The notes: a model not told the origin generated them from the letters alone. Positions 1 through 13,200 are shown, numbered from the stretch's first letter. The stretch is DNA of 64,000 nucleotides from Psilocybe cubensis (GCA_017499595.2 CM039005.1:1922001-1986000); one strand, 5' to 3'. Numbers and translations: made by a program.

Positions 1-146
1 AGATAAGATGAAGAAAAGATCACAAGAATGACGTCAACGCTGATGGTATTTGCGTCTTCCCTCCATGCCAATTAGAAACAAGCAGACGCATACAATCAAG
101 TCACAATCTTTTTTTGATCGCGTTGAGATGCTTTTTTCTCTCATAC

Positions 147-619
147 CACGACAGATGGAAAGCTGCGAGGCTCGCCCCATACAGGACGGGCAGCGGCGGT
201 AGGGACCTCTGTGTCCCTCCTTATGCTGCGCATCCGCACTCGCGAGCGGGCTAAGGTCTGAGCATTCCAACCATTCTCGATCGGTCCTAGCGGGACCCAG
301 CTGTAACCAGCTGCAACGGCGTATCAGAAATCCGACCCCCCGCGTTAATCCCCCTTTGAGGGAACCCCAAAGATCGCCTAGGCAGGAGGGGAGGGCGCGG
401 GACGGTCTTGGAACTCGCTGTAATGGTCGGGTGGCGAGCCGCGTGCGACGACTTGGGAGTTGCTCCTTCTTCGCGGGGGAGCGGCTCACGCAGGGCGCGC
501 AGCGCTCGACTATCCTTCAGCTCACTTCGCAGCGCATGTTGGTTGTTTCCTTTCAAGCCTGTGGGGGCTAGAGAGGGATCTCCGTGCAACTCGATTCAGA
601 CTACTCTTCGTCTGTCGTG
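147..619 (+). ncRNA. RPR1: Nuclear RNase P RNA (catalytic RNA subunit)
   Basis: P1: CACGACAGAUGG (147-158) pairs with UUCGUCUGUCGUG (607-619). P2: GCUGCGAGG (162-170) pairs with CUUCGCAGC (525-533). P3 is closed by GCUCGC/GCGAGC. P4 pseudoknot: AAGGUCUGAG (253-262) pairs with UUCAGACU (595-602) inside CR-V AACUCGAUUCAGACUACUC. CR-II AGAAA (326-330) and CR-III UGGAA (409-413) indicate RNase P rather than MRP. T-runs follow. Confidence 0.9.
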
Positions 620-622
620 CAA

Positions 623-636
623 TTTTTTCCTTTTTG
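623..636 (+). terminator. Oligo-T tract, likely Pol III terminator of the RNase P RNA
   Basis: TTTTTTCCTTTTT immediately after the 3' strand of P1. Confidence 0.55.
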
Positions 637-750
637 TTCACTTTGTGTGAATAGTGTCGGTATTCGGTACATACTTTCCCCTTAATGACAAGACCACTCC
701 TGTTTTTGGGAAACATTTTGCTGAATTTGTTTATCGTATCACGTGATCCA

Positions 751-761
751 ACGCGACGCGT
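751..761. promoter_or_regulatory. MCB-like element (ACGCGACGCGT) upstream of the RAD51 paralog
   Basis: ACGCGT at 756-761, about 50 bp upstream of ATG 812. MCB boxes mark G1/S and DNA-repair genes in yeasts. Confidence 0.35.
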
Positions 762-811
762 TTCCTTGAGATTCTTGAACCGCGTCAATAGCTTGCTCGA
801 ACACTCCCGAA

Positions 812-3324
812 ATGCCGCCACGCTCTCTGTTATCACTCGGACTCCCAAAAGACATCCTCGCAGCACTTGTCCGCAACGGCTACGAGACAGTGCAAGATCT
901 GACATCAGCCACTCTCGATTCTCTATCCAAAGGTACATACCCATCCACAAACTCAACCCACACGCAGCGCGATCTCACACTCCCAAGACCTCAACTTGCC
1001 TCAGTCAGAGATCGAAGCGCTGTTCGCTCAACGATCTATATCGTTATCTAGCGCGTCGTCGTCGATATTCGCTGCATCCTCTTCCTCTTCCTCTTCCTCT
1101 TCCTCCTTATCCTTATCCTCATCCGCTGCTGCTGCTGTAAGACCCATCCCACCAGCACCCACCCCATCCCTCCCACACACCCAATCCGCCGCCGCCCTCC
1201 TCCGCACCGCACATGCACAACGCACCTCCACGCGCTGCGCTGCGCTCGATGCGCTTCTCCTCCTCGGCAGCAGTAGTTGTAGTAGTAGTAGCCGAGGTGG
1301 TCAGGGTGCGGATGGTGGTGGTGGTGGTGAAGGAGCAGAACGAGGAGGCGGACTCCCGCGCGGACACATTCTCGAGCTCTCAGGCCCGCCTGGGTCCCCG
1401 AAGGAACGCCTTGCGATGGGTCTCGTCGCAGAGGTCGTGGGTCGAGGCGAGGAGGTCATCTTTGTCGGTGAGATACTTTGTCTTTCTTTCCTTCTTTCTT
1501 TCTTACTTTTTTATTTGATTTTGTCTATTTTGTGATTGGATATGTGAGCGTTATCTAAATTGACGTGTTTGGTTTTTTGTAGATTGTCAGCATATGACAA
1601 CGCCCGCGGTGCTCGCTCGCGCTCTAAAAGGTACGTCCCCCTCCCCTTCTCTTCCCTTCCAAAGTCGCATCAAACCATCAAACCATCTACTCACTGATCG
1701 CTGATCATGTCCCAACCGCTTTGAACACTACAGACCACCTCCCAGCGCACGACGCACAAAACGCGATACAGCGTATCCAGTACACGCACATCCACGACCT
1801 CGCACAGTTCTTGTTGTTTATATACCAGCTGCCTGCTATACTCGCCGCGGCGCCAAAGGTACGCATGCGCTTCACGTTGTCTGGTTGTCTGGGGTTTCTG
1901 AACTTGAGTTTATATTCATACCCGACTCTGACATTGGCATTGACGCTAACGCTACCTCACCCACCCAAACTCAACCCACCGAAACATAATTGAACTTAAT
2001 CATATCAGGTCACTTTGCTCGCTATCACCTCCATCTCATTTCCCTTCCAGAACCAGAACGCGCACCTGAGCCCCGCGGAAAGGAGCGCGCATTTTGAGCG
2101 TGTGAAGCAGGCGTTTGCGAGGGCGACGGCTGCGGGGAGGGTTAGTGTGAGTGTTGTTTCTCTTTTGTTGTTTCTCTTTTGTTGGTTGTCGTGTGTTGCT
2201 CGTCGTTTGTCGTTTGTTGGTCTGACGTTTGTCGTTTTTTGTCGTGTGCTGCTTGCTGTCTGTTGGTCTGTCAATCTCAATCGTGCTATACCATGCTGTA
2301 CCCCATGGTATATGCGCCTCTGTTGTTTCTTTTTTGCCTATTTCTTTTTCTTTTTCTGTGATTGTACGCTGCTACTGCCACTACGAACGCTGACGCTAAT
2401 CACACCTCCCTCTTTCTCTTTTCTGTACTGTACTGGGTATTTGGATTCCAAAACAGATCGTGCTGACTTCGCAGCTCTCGACGAAGATGGTACACGCGGA
2501 CGGTACACATGCGACATTTGACACGAGTGGTGCGCGAGGGGTTATGTTGCCCCAGCTCGGTACGTCTCTTTTGCTCTTTCCTCTTTCCTCTTTCCTCTTT
2601 CCTCTTTGCGCTTTTATCTTTTATCTTTTATCCTTTCGCTTTTTTTCTATATGTGCTCCTGCTCACCGTATCCCAATTGAACGATTTGATTTACTGGAAC
2701 TGATTGCCTAACTTCGACTTTAGCGCCTGCGTATTTGCCAGCTGGAAAAGCGCATAGAGTGATGATTTCCCTTGACGGGTTGCTTTCAGGGTACGTCTTT
2801 TGGTCACGTCTTTGGTTCTTTCGCTCGTCCGTTCGCCCGTTCGTTGTGCATGCGACCAGTCCGTCTGCAAACGAATGTGTAACTAACCTTCATATGACTT
2901 GTGACTTGTGATTTGTGTAGGCAGATGAAGATACTCTCGAACCCTTTATTCCCGCATGGGAGCAATGCGACTGTAAATATGAAGATGAAGGCGGATATGC
3001 AGGTGGTTGTGAAATCTTTTGTCATTGTGAGTTTATTTCTTTTTCGCGGTTTTTGTTTTTTGGTTGTTGGATGTGTTGTTATTTTGCTATTGAGCGTTGG
3101 GTTGGGTTGAGATGTAACATCGACGCGCGGGTTTGCGTTGTGCGTTGTACGTTTTACTTTCATTGTTTTCTTTTCTTTTCTTTTTTTTTCTTGCTATTGG
3201 ATTTGACTTTGTTGCCGAGCGATAGGATAGGGATAGGGATCATGGATGGGCTATTGACTGACTGACTGACTGACTGACTGATTTTGTTTTTCGAATGGTA
3301 TAGGAGGAGGGGCGTGTGGTTTAA
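812..3324 (+). CDS. RAD51 paralog, RAD51C/Rad55-like RecA-fold protein (multi-exon)
   Basis: N-terminal LVRNGYETVQDL, then TRCAALDALL...GGLPRGHILELSGPPGSPKE...VIFVD, LLAITSISFPFQ (compare RAD51C IVDGIAFPFR) and LTSQLSTK. Several GT-AG introns; stop TAA at 3322-3324. Confidence 0.75.
3256..3280. repeat. (GACT)n microsatellite in the last intron of the RAD51 paralog
   Basis: tgactgactgactgactgactgactga. Confidence 0.85.
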
Positions 3325-5013
3325 CGATCGATCGATCTCTTGACGAGTGTGTCGGTTTGGATGTGGATGTGGATGTGTGGACTGTGGAGGGAGATATGTA
3401 TCATGCTATTTTTATTTTATTCCAGGGCCTGATTAGATTCAGAAGGCTTCATCGCTGGATATTTGTACTACTAACGACTCGGACTTGTATTCGACTTTGA
3501 AGGCCTATGTATGTATGTATGTATTTTATATCACCTTTTATCTTCATGGTTCGTTGGTGTTGAGCATTACAGTAATCATTAAATTTAATCTCGCGATGAT
3601 GGGTTTGTCGGAGGTTGGAGGTGAATTAGTTCTATTTTTGACTTTGAGGCTTGCCACTGCCAGGGCTTGCCTCTTGTTTCGTGTCTCCAAATCTTATCTC
3701 GCCAATTGCGCCAAATTCCAACTAATTTAACATTTCAAGGTCAAAGACTCGAATGGCCCTACCGGTGCGTATGACTGAATTTCGTCATCTTCCTTGCGTC
3801 ATCGTCGTTTCTTTACCGTCGTACTTACAAATAATTAAAAGTCCGAGTCAAAACGCGCCCAGACCCCCGACGCGCCTCCGCGTCTCAGCTTTTTCGATCG
3901 TGTTGTTATATGGATATGGATTTGGATTTGGATTTGGATGTGTAGAAGCGGCTCCTATCAACGCGGTTTGTTTGGTTGTTTTTTTTTTGCTGGATGAATG
4001 GATGGATGAGTATTATACCATATCTTAACACAATATTAGTATGTAGAAACTTGAACTTGAAGGACGGTGGATTATCATGATAAACGCCCAAAACGCACGA
4101 GCAGTTAACTGGCTTTGACTCGGATAATTGGAAATTCTGGTAGTATATTGCGTCTATGCATGGTATTTATACATACATGCACGTACTAGATATATCAAAG
4201 TATAAATGCTCGAAACACTCGAAACACTTGTCAACAGTCGGATGCGTTAAACGTTTCATCATGATTTGTGCAAATTCGTATACTTATATGCAGGTATCAT
4301 AGCTAACGCTGCTGCTTCTGCTGGGGTATATGGATACGCGGCGCGTCGATGGAGATTTTGGATGAAATAGATTAGATTCATTTTGAAGACCCACACCGTT
4401 GCGATTACAGAAAAGTACAGGCTGGCCGCTAGATATCATGTATACATGTCATGTACACATATAGCAGGTACGTACGTACGTATGTGGCAGTGGCAGCACC
4501 CGAGCCTCAGCTTCCCTTCTTGGGCCTTGGCGACGAGTCGCAAAAGCGCTGGGAACTGGAATCTATGTTAGTCCAAGGTAGGCATAGCTACAGCCTACAT
4601 GACTCGAAATAGATACATAACGAAATAAGCCTTCAGGGTGACAGGGTCCAAAGGACCAAATTCAATTTATTCAAAGCATGTTTTGAGGCACACAATAATT
4701 TGAGTCACTTCAGGAGTTGGGGGTATTTACCGTAGTAGTAACTGTATATCTGTAGTGTAATCTGTAACAGTTCAGCGGAGTGAGCACATTGACTGAGCAC
4801 AAGGTCGCTATCTCCGGCTTACCCATAATATAATATGCGACGCCAGGCGCGTGCTAGCTGGCGCAATGGAGTGAGTCTGGTACTGTCTGGCAGGGACGAA
4901 GGGCAAACCCAAGACCCGTAACCCCGAAACACGTACACCCGACACTCGTTTCGGCGCGAAGATCGGGCAAGGGCTGTCTGGCGTAGCAGGGCGTATCCTT
5001 GTATGGGCATGAA

Positions 5014-5054
5014 ATATTAGATACTAGATATTAGATATCAGATATCAGATATTA
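5014..5054. repeat. 7-bp degenerate tandem repeat (ATATTAG/ATATCAG)
   Basis: atattag atactag atattag atatcag atatcag atattag. Confidence 0.75.
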
Positions 5055-5479
5055 GAGTTTGAAGTCTAACGTCCGAGTCGGAGTCGGAGGCGCTGTTGCT
5101 GGTGCTGGTGCTGGTGCGTGAGGGCCGTGGTAACTTGGTAGTGACTTGCATGTTACATATATCATATTCATTTAAATAAGCGCATTGGGAGCCCTGAGAG
5201 TCTGCCTGTGCCAGTGTGGTGTTTTGATTCTTGAACCTTTGACTTTGATTTTGATTTTGATCCCTTCTGTGCATCGCATTGGTGACAGTCCCGTTGCATT
5301 CTCGTTCTCCCCCACACTCGTTGTTTCGGTTCTTTCTGTTCTTCTGTATTCGCTCCTTTGTGTTTCGTCACTTTCGTGCTTCGTGCCCTTTGAGAGTGGT
5401 TGATTTTACATTACATTTCATCTCTCGGCTTTCAGTGAAGGTTGTTGATTGCAAGGGCTGTTGTGCCGCGCAGCCTGGG

Positions 5480-7376
5480 ATGTTGGATTGCGAGGATGTG
5501 TTAGGTGCGTTGTTATAAGATATGAATGTTGAGAATTTGGATTGATGGGAGCAGGTGCACTTTTAATTGGGATATTCTGTGTGTAGACTGCCTTTCTCCT
5601 TCTCGTTTTTGACGTCTAATTTGCTGTCCAGTCAACACATATCTTTATGGCCTCGTTACCGTGCAATATTCTACCTATTACAAGTCCAGTCAGTGTTCTT
5701 TCGAGCTAATGAAACCATAACGATGCTCAGGCTTCACTGTATCTTGCAGAATTTAATGATTCTCTGAACGTCAGGTCCGACTAAACTCTCCGCTCTGGTT
5801 AAGATGCTGACTTTGACCATTTAGGTTCGCGGTACTCTCACTATTCTTAAACGACACTTTTCAAAGTGCAATGCAAGTTCTACACATCCGCATTAAATCC
5901 CTTTTAATACCTGCTAATAAACAATATCGTCAACTCACAGAATGGTTTGTATGGCCTGGGTTTACTGGTAATTCACTGCTCTGTTCCGCCGATCTTCCAA
6001 AACGTCGTTAAGCACACGATGATCTATTTTTAGCATCAACAATTCAGCGATGAAGGAGATCTTTGATCGTGAGTGGTCTTACCATGCCTTTGTTACCAGT
6101 AAATGCATTTCTTAGCGTTTTCTGGTTTTGTCAAGCAGGAACGATATGGCCGTATGCGTATATACCCATCGGAACGGCGCTTACAGCGACAGTGTGCCAT
6201 CTAGCCATGGGACGCAGGTACGTTTATTCCTGTCGACAAGAATTCCTCAACCAACTGTCCTGCAGAATATACTACATGTCCAAAAGCAAGCCCTTGTACG
6301 CGTTTCTCCTCCTCGGCACGTTTGGCGCTCTCGGAACAGGGATCGCCTACGGAACAGGGTAAGCTTCCATTCTTGTTGAGCGTCAGGAAGAATGGATTTT
6401 GTTCATATATAGGTAATGGACCTACAGTATCTGGACGCGTCTTCCCATGTAAGTCAATTGTTTCGCCGTGTGCCCTACACCGCGTGGCTATTGGGCCCGG
6501 ACCCAGGTGGTAGCTGGCTGGTGGTTCTTTTCTATTCTTAGGCGCTGACTTGCTGTACTCTGGTTGGTGCTTAGGGCGGACACGCATGTGTCGATGAAGA
6601 CCCTCGTTGCGTCGTGGTTGGGTATACAAGCTGTTCTGGACATAGCGATAGCCGGTAAGCTCCCCGCACAACCCTTCGTCCTACATGATAGGCGTTTTTA
6701 ACCTGTTTCCTACTTTCTGCTAGGATTCATGATCGCCTTCCTGTACAAACACCGCACGGGAGCATCGAATACCGACTCAGTCATCAACCGTCTCATTCGA
6801 GGATCTGTTCGGACGGGGATGTTGCCCACCATGTTTGCTGTAGCTGCGCTTATCACATTTCGTGAGCCAACCGACCACCTAATTTGCCTTGATTATCTTC
6901 TGATCTGTGACATGTCCCGATGATCAGTCATTCGTCCAGAGAGCGTTCTGTACACCGTGTTTATTATCCCGATAGGACGCTTGTATTCAACAGTGAGTAG
7001 GCACCAATGCGTCGAGATTTAGTTCGAATCGAATTGACCGCTTATCCGGCTAGTCCTTCATGAATGGCTTAAACGTCCGCCGCCGGCTGAAAGAAAAACT
7101 GACATGTACAATTGAAGCTGACCCGGTAATTGTGAGTCCTCATAAGCGCTATGGCGATCTTCCGTGCATTATATCTCATCGATAACGTCTTTGCCACCGT
7201 AGTCCGTGATCGTCTGGCGCAACATGCGAAAATCAGTCAACGCCATGCAGCAGAGCCACAGTCCACCCGACACCCCGGTTGTGATGGCCAGATCCAGCGT
7301 CAGTCGACCAAGCCTCCCGCGTATAAACGAAATTGAGCTGGGCGAGAGGTTTGAACTGGAAAAAGTGAGCAAATAG
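5480..7376 (+). CDS. Agaricomycete multi-pass membrane protein, DUF6534-like (many short exons)
   Basis: GALLIGIF...; C-terminal MIAFLYKHRTGASNTDSVINRLIRGSVRTGMLPTMFAVAALITF, then FIIPIGRLYS...FMNGLNVRRRL, which is typical of this family. Start and internal exons are approximate. Confidence 0.65.
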
Positions 7377-7818
7377 GATAGAGCACATCAGATCACATCA
7401 CAGACGACAGCAGATGCGCCACCAAAATCGCTGACCAGGTATCAAAATCCGTCGGTAGAGCCACTGAGATCCAATCCATCCTATTCATATTGCAACAAAA
7501 ACGGACAAGTGTACAACCATATGATCTTTCCTCCTATATTTCCATCATTCATTCCGGCTTTCAAGCCTTGAGATACCCTAGAGCCTTCCATAATATCCCG
7601 AGTAATTGTATAATAGATAGGGAACATTCGGTATGAACCATATCCACCCGTTATTTGGAGGAATATGCCATAATGTCTAGGTTTGAGCCACACATTCGGC
7701 TAGGAAAGCTGATGCAGAAAATACGGCCTCCGAAGCAACTCTGTTTAATACAGCGGGTGGTTCGTGAGCCGTATGACAATACGCGTCGATAGTGGACAAC
7801 AAGTTCAAGTTCAAGAAT

Positions 7819-9667
7819 TCATCGCCAAGTCGATGGATCGTCTCCAAAATAATTCCCGCCCACAGTGGTAGCACTCGCGAGCTCGTAATCCCACGCATCG
7901 TCCCTCATCAAGAAGAAGGCCAGACCATATTTCTTCAGAATGTCCGCGAGCAGCTTGTCATCCTTCTGTTTTGGCTTGAGAAATTCGGGGGATGGTATAG
8001 GGGGTAACGTCTGGAAGACGAGTCGCGCCGCATTAACCTGCTTGAGGTAAGTGTCCCATGTCGCGGGAATTTTGAATTTTGGGTTGTCAGAGATGTTCTC
8101 GATGATACGTTCAATAGATCCGTGAGCTTTGATTAGTTTATATGCATTAACAGGCCCGAGTTGTCCAATGCGGTAGGTAAAATCAGTGCCAAGTAGCAGG
8201 GTAAAGTCGAGGAACTGCGAGCGAGTGAGATCCAACGACTCACGCATATCGCTACCGGAGACTGTGATGAGGGGTGAATCATGTTGGGTGACATTTTTAA
8301 GCAAGGTTGCCTCGTAAATCATTACATCCTAAGGACAATGTCATTGAGGTTTCTGCGAATGCAGCTTGGTAACGTACCGTGTCTTCGCTTGCAACGTAGT
8401 CAGCATGTCCTGCTAAAACTATCGACGACGCCAGAGCTTCTGCTTCGATGCCTCCTGTAGTTATAATACAAGGCACACCTAGAGCTTGCAGGAGCTCTTG
8501 AGATTCGCCATAGATTTTGGTGTCCGGGGCCGACTTTCTTCGATCAAATGATTCGGACATCTCATAGCTTTGATGGACTAGCTTGTTGATGTGTTGCTCA
8601 AAACCTGCATCTGCTTGCGAGGTAGGAGAATAGCGAGACTGGATTATTTCAGCCCATAATTGCCCTTCCGCTTCAGAAAGCTCACTCTGCCTTTTCGTCA
8701 TTACAGTGGCTTCTGCTGCCTCTAAAATATCTGGTGCCTCTTTTCCTGGCGGAAGGGGTTTGGTTTGGGGCTCAACTTCGGATTCGGCAGAAATGGTCGT
8801 AAGCTTCGCAAGTCCAGCGTTATAGCTAATATGCAGGGTCTTGAAAATAGAAATCACATCGGTCAAGGACACGTTGGGACTGGGGAGAGTATCGCTGAGT
8901 GGTCTCTCCTCTGAGGCAGGTGTGAGCGGTGCCGAAGGAGCAGATTCTTGCTCTGGACTCTCCTGCGTAGAGGGAGCAATTGGCGTTATAGACTGTTCCC
9001 TTGGCTCTGTTACTTGGTCCTTCCTTGTTGTATCCTGTTCTTTCGGAAGTTCTGGCGTTTGGGCACTCAAATCACGGATTCGAGCAAACGAAGGTTCATC
9101 TAGAAATTTAAACACCTCGGTCCGTTCCAAAGGATTGAGATGCTGTAAAAGTTTGATACCCCCTTTCATTTGGCAAAGTCGTTCATATCGGGCATTTTCC
9201 ATTTTCCAGCGTTCTGTAATGAGCTGACGTTGGTCGCGCCTGCGTTGGACCTGCTCTTCTTTAGCACTTGTGGGATACAAAGGAAATAATACACACCTCT
9301 TCAGCTTTGGCCTCACTCCGTTCGCTTCCGTCGAAAACGCAAACTGCAGAAACTCCGGCTCTCTCCAGGTCTCGGGCTAGGCGAAACCACCCTTGAATAT
9401 GACGGTACTCGTAGCTTCGCCTCGCATAGTGGTACCTCTGGGTTATGAGGGTGGCATCGCTGAATGAAATCAGAAAAAACTTGAGATCATTATAAGTATC
9501 GGCTCACATTACAATCCTTTTCCCTCTGAGAGCTTCAAAACGATTGGGCAATTGTTTAAAGATCGTTGGGCTGAATGAACGCGGAGCTATATTTAAACGA
9601 ATCTAGACGTTGCGGGAATTACTCACTGCAGCGTCTTAATGAATGTGTTTAAGCCCTTCACTCCCAT
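7819..9667 (-). CDS. XPG/FEN1 (Rad2) family PIN-domain nuclease
   Basis: MGVKGL N-terminus, RIVIDAT, VCVFDG, IEAEALAS, VASEDTD, LLGTDF and the H3TH motif LGPVNAYKLIKAHGSIE. A long low-complexity spacer lies between the N and I regions. Confidence 0.85.
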
Positions 9668-9746
9668 ATGTACCGGGCTCGGTGGGATGTAACTGAGAGA
9701 AACATTCAATGAGTTGAACCTTGAAGTGGGAGGACAAGGCGGTCGT

Positions 9747-9788
9747 ACGCGTGACCGACGCGACAAGGATTCGATTGGTAATACGCGT
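9747..9788. promoter_or_regulatory. Two MCB-like ACGCGT boxes upstream of the XPG/FEN1-like gene
   Basis: ACGCGT at 9747-9752 and 9783-9788 plus an ACGCGA between them, 80-120 bp upstream of ATG 9667. Confidence 0.35.
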
Positions 9789-10358
9789 GCGCCGGGCTTC
9801 CATAGGCTCCAACCGTACAACTTGCCTGTAACATTACTTACGTCAAGTTCACATTTACCGTTCGATGGAAGGGCCAAACCCGTTCTAACATCTGCTTTGC
9901 CTCCAAGCTACCTGTGTAATTCACATATCACTCGGAGCCTCATGTCAGTAGGCTTGCAGTTGGTGTGACCTTTCTAGGCACAACTCAATATAAAAAGCAA
10001 GGTCAATACACATAGGTGTCGAGCTTCTGCTTGTTGAACTCCTTTGGCGATATCATTTTGGCATGACCTCGTGCTCTCACGGCGAGCATGAGACTTCTTT
10101 TGAACCACGGCCGACGCGGACCTAAATCTTCTTGTGGTTCCCAGGACATGATAGTGGAAAGCAAATCTGGAGTTTATTTTCGTCTTGTTTACTCCTTCTA
10201 ATCATACTTGGAGCATGCTGGCGTGATAATGCGGGGCATGTTATCGCGAATATGGTCATCCGGTTCGTATATATACTGCTTCTCCCATTGAAACCAATTT
10301 GGCCCTTGCTAACAGGCCAACAGCTCCTACTGCCACTGACTACTTGCCGCTCAGCACT

Positions 10359-12920
10359 ATGGGATCGAGCACCGAATACAGCGATGAGAAGGATCTGAAG
10401 AGAAGAGATGAAGTCGAGATTGTGGCGGTCTCTTCTAAAGAAGTGGATACTGCTGCAGAGTTCGCTTCAGGAGACCAGGAAGAACTTGATCCAGTAGAGG
10501 CTTTGCGCATCAGGTAGGTTGATTTATTCGTTGTCCGCTCCTCTACTCTAACGCCTATGCAGACGCAAAATAGATTATCATATCCTTCCTCTTATGTGTA
10601 GTGAGTCTTGACATTTTTCCATCATCTAGGTGATGCTAACCGGTACGGTGAAGTCCTTTATTGGTGCGACTCCACTTGGTCCACAGAGAGCGCCAAAGTA
10701 ACAAATTTGATGTAGGATACAATTCATGGATAAGACAACGTTGGGTAGTTCTGCGATTCTCGGGATTCGGTATGTTCTCCATAACGCATTTTACTTCTGT
10801 AACTCACGTTTCTTTATTCAGGCAAGCCACCCATCTCACAACAAACCAGTGAGTAGTCGTGTATCGTCTCCTGAATCGTTTGATAATCTAATTAAAAATG
10901 ACATTGATAGATACAACTGGTACCCGAAATCCTTACCACTTCCGGACTCTTTGGATGCTGATACGTCTGAAATTAGGCTCGGGACAATCTTTTATCTCAG
11001 TTATCTTACATTCGTCTTCCCACAAAATCTTTGTCTACAACGGTTCCCCGTCGGACGATGGATGAGGTGAGTGGAGTATCAGTGTTGGGGTATTTTTTTT
11101 TTCTAAATTTGCATCATACCCAGCTTCAATATTTTTGTTTGGGGTGTAGTGCTATGCTCTCATGCCGCTTGTAAAAATTTCGCAGGACTATTCGTAGTCC
11201 GGTTGATATTAGGGATGTGCGAAGGATCCATAACAGCTGGATTCATGATTGTCACGTCAATGTTCTACACTAGGACAGAACAGACCTTAAGGGTCGGATA
11301 TTGGTGTAAGCATCTTCTTTGATATCGTTAATAAGAAGTGTGCTGATTCCTCCATTATAGTCCTCATGAATGGCACTGGTACGCATCACCCCTTTAAAGT
11401 CCCTCCTCTCCCTCTTCTCAAACGTCTAACATGACATGTATACAGCTCAAATTATCTCTGGATTTATTAGCTTTGGTTCACTGCATATCCACACCAAATC
11501 GTTTGAACCCTGGCAATGGTATGCATTACGGTTCATCACATTGAATCCATTAGTCTCTTGCTCAATCTCAGTCATACTGTAGGCTCATGATTATTACTGG
11601 TTGTCTTACCCTTCTCACCGCCACTGCGTTTTGGTCAGTCCCGTTCTTTAATTCAGCGTCTGCTGCCTGTCCGGGTCATGCTCATACTGACCTCCGCTTT
11701 ATTTCCATTTAGGTTCCTCTTCCCCAATTCTCCTACCACAGCTTGGTTTTTGACACCTGCTGAGAAAGTGATTGCTGTCCGTCGGATAAAGGTACGAATC
11801 GCTTAAATTTAACAACCACACCATACTCGAGATCTCATGGTACCATGTGATCTAGGAAAACCAAACTGGAGTCGAGAACAAGCACTTCAAGAAAGAACAG
11901 TAAGCTTTCAATGAAAATTTCACCTCTATGTGCAATATCAACTATTAAAAACTTTATTTAAAAGGATGATCGAAGCGCTTCTGGATCCCAAAACATGGCT
12001 CTTCGCACTGTTCTCCGCGCTCGACAACGTGCCCAACTCTCTGACGAACCAGCGCCAAATCATCGTGGCATCTTTCGGATTTACCCCTTTCCAGACTACG
12101 CTCCTTGGCTGCGTCGATGGATTCATCGAGATCGTTACCATATGGACAGGGGTCACTCTCGCCGCCAAAATACCTAACAGCCGCGCCTACATCGGGTTCA
12201 TCTACTTCTTCCCCAACATTCTCGGCGTATTCCTCATCAACTTCCTACCTTGGGAGCATAAGGTTGGGCTGCTGTTCGCTCAATGGTGTACAGGTCAGTG
12301 TTGCTGATGTCCAACTAAACTTATCCACATGACTCTTTTTATTCCTTTAATTTGCTGCCAAGTTTCATTTTTCTAATACATTTATCTGGCAGGTGTGGGT
12401 ACCACCGGATTTGTGCTATCTTTATCGTGGCTTTCGAGCGTTACTGCGGGGCACACTAAGCGGGTTACAGTCAACGCCGTTATGCTGGGTGCATATTGCA
12501 TTGGAAACTCTGCCGGCCCTTTCATGTGGCAGGCAAAGTATACTCCAAGGTGAAATTTATGTTGAAAATGCCCCAAATTTTAGTTGCTGAATACAACATA
12601 TTTCTAACTATATAGGAATCACGTCCCTTGGCTCGTTATTGGCATTTGCTACCTGTGTTGCATGGCGCTTCTCTTAATAATCCGATACATCCTTTCGTCT
12701 GAAAACAAACGTCGTGACCGCGAAGACCCCGCCGATGACCAATTCCAAAATGTCTACATTGAGAAAATGGGCAAAGATGGGGAAATGATTAAAGTAAAGG
12801 TGGATAAGGTAGGTTTAAAAACCTCTTTTGAACAATGGGCAGGCCTTTGATTGGGTTGCGTTTTAGGAATTCATGGATTTGACCGATATTCAAAATCGGG
12901 ATTTCAGATATGTTCTGTAA
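10359..12920 (+). CDS. MFS transporter, allantoate permease (DAL5/ACS) family
   Basis: KIDYHILPLMC, QFMDKTTLG, QRFPVGRW, MFYTRTEQTLRVGYW, PWQWLMIITG, AGHTKR, FMDLTDIQNRDFRYVL*. Many introns, including microexons. Confidence 0.92.
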
Positions 12921-13200
12921 AATTAGCAACGACAAGTACGAAACGGCAACGAAATATATGATACGGTACAAAGGGCAGCCTCACCCACCTACTGAGTAGA
13001 ACAATGACATCATAAGGCTTGAGGCTTAAGCATGAGAATATAAAAAATGGAATTTTTTTGTGATACAAACAATCCTTCCAAAAATCGAAATCGAAGCTCC
13101 AACTTCACTTCTACCCTCAAGCTAAGCTTGGGCTCGCAGACCCCACATCCAGGCTCATCTTCACATCGAATTAAAATATAAAAGAAAGGGAAGAATGTTT

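Noticed and set aside
147..619. RNase MRP RNA as an alternative identity
   Set aside because: The CR-II AGAAA, CR-III UGGAA and GGUCUGAG/UUCAGACU P4 fit RNase P
34..654. Several overlapping ORFs of 64-151 aa on both strands
   Set aside because: They are by-products of the GC-rich RNase P RNA and have no protein motifs
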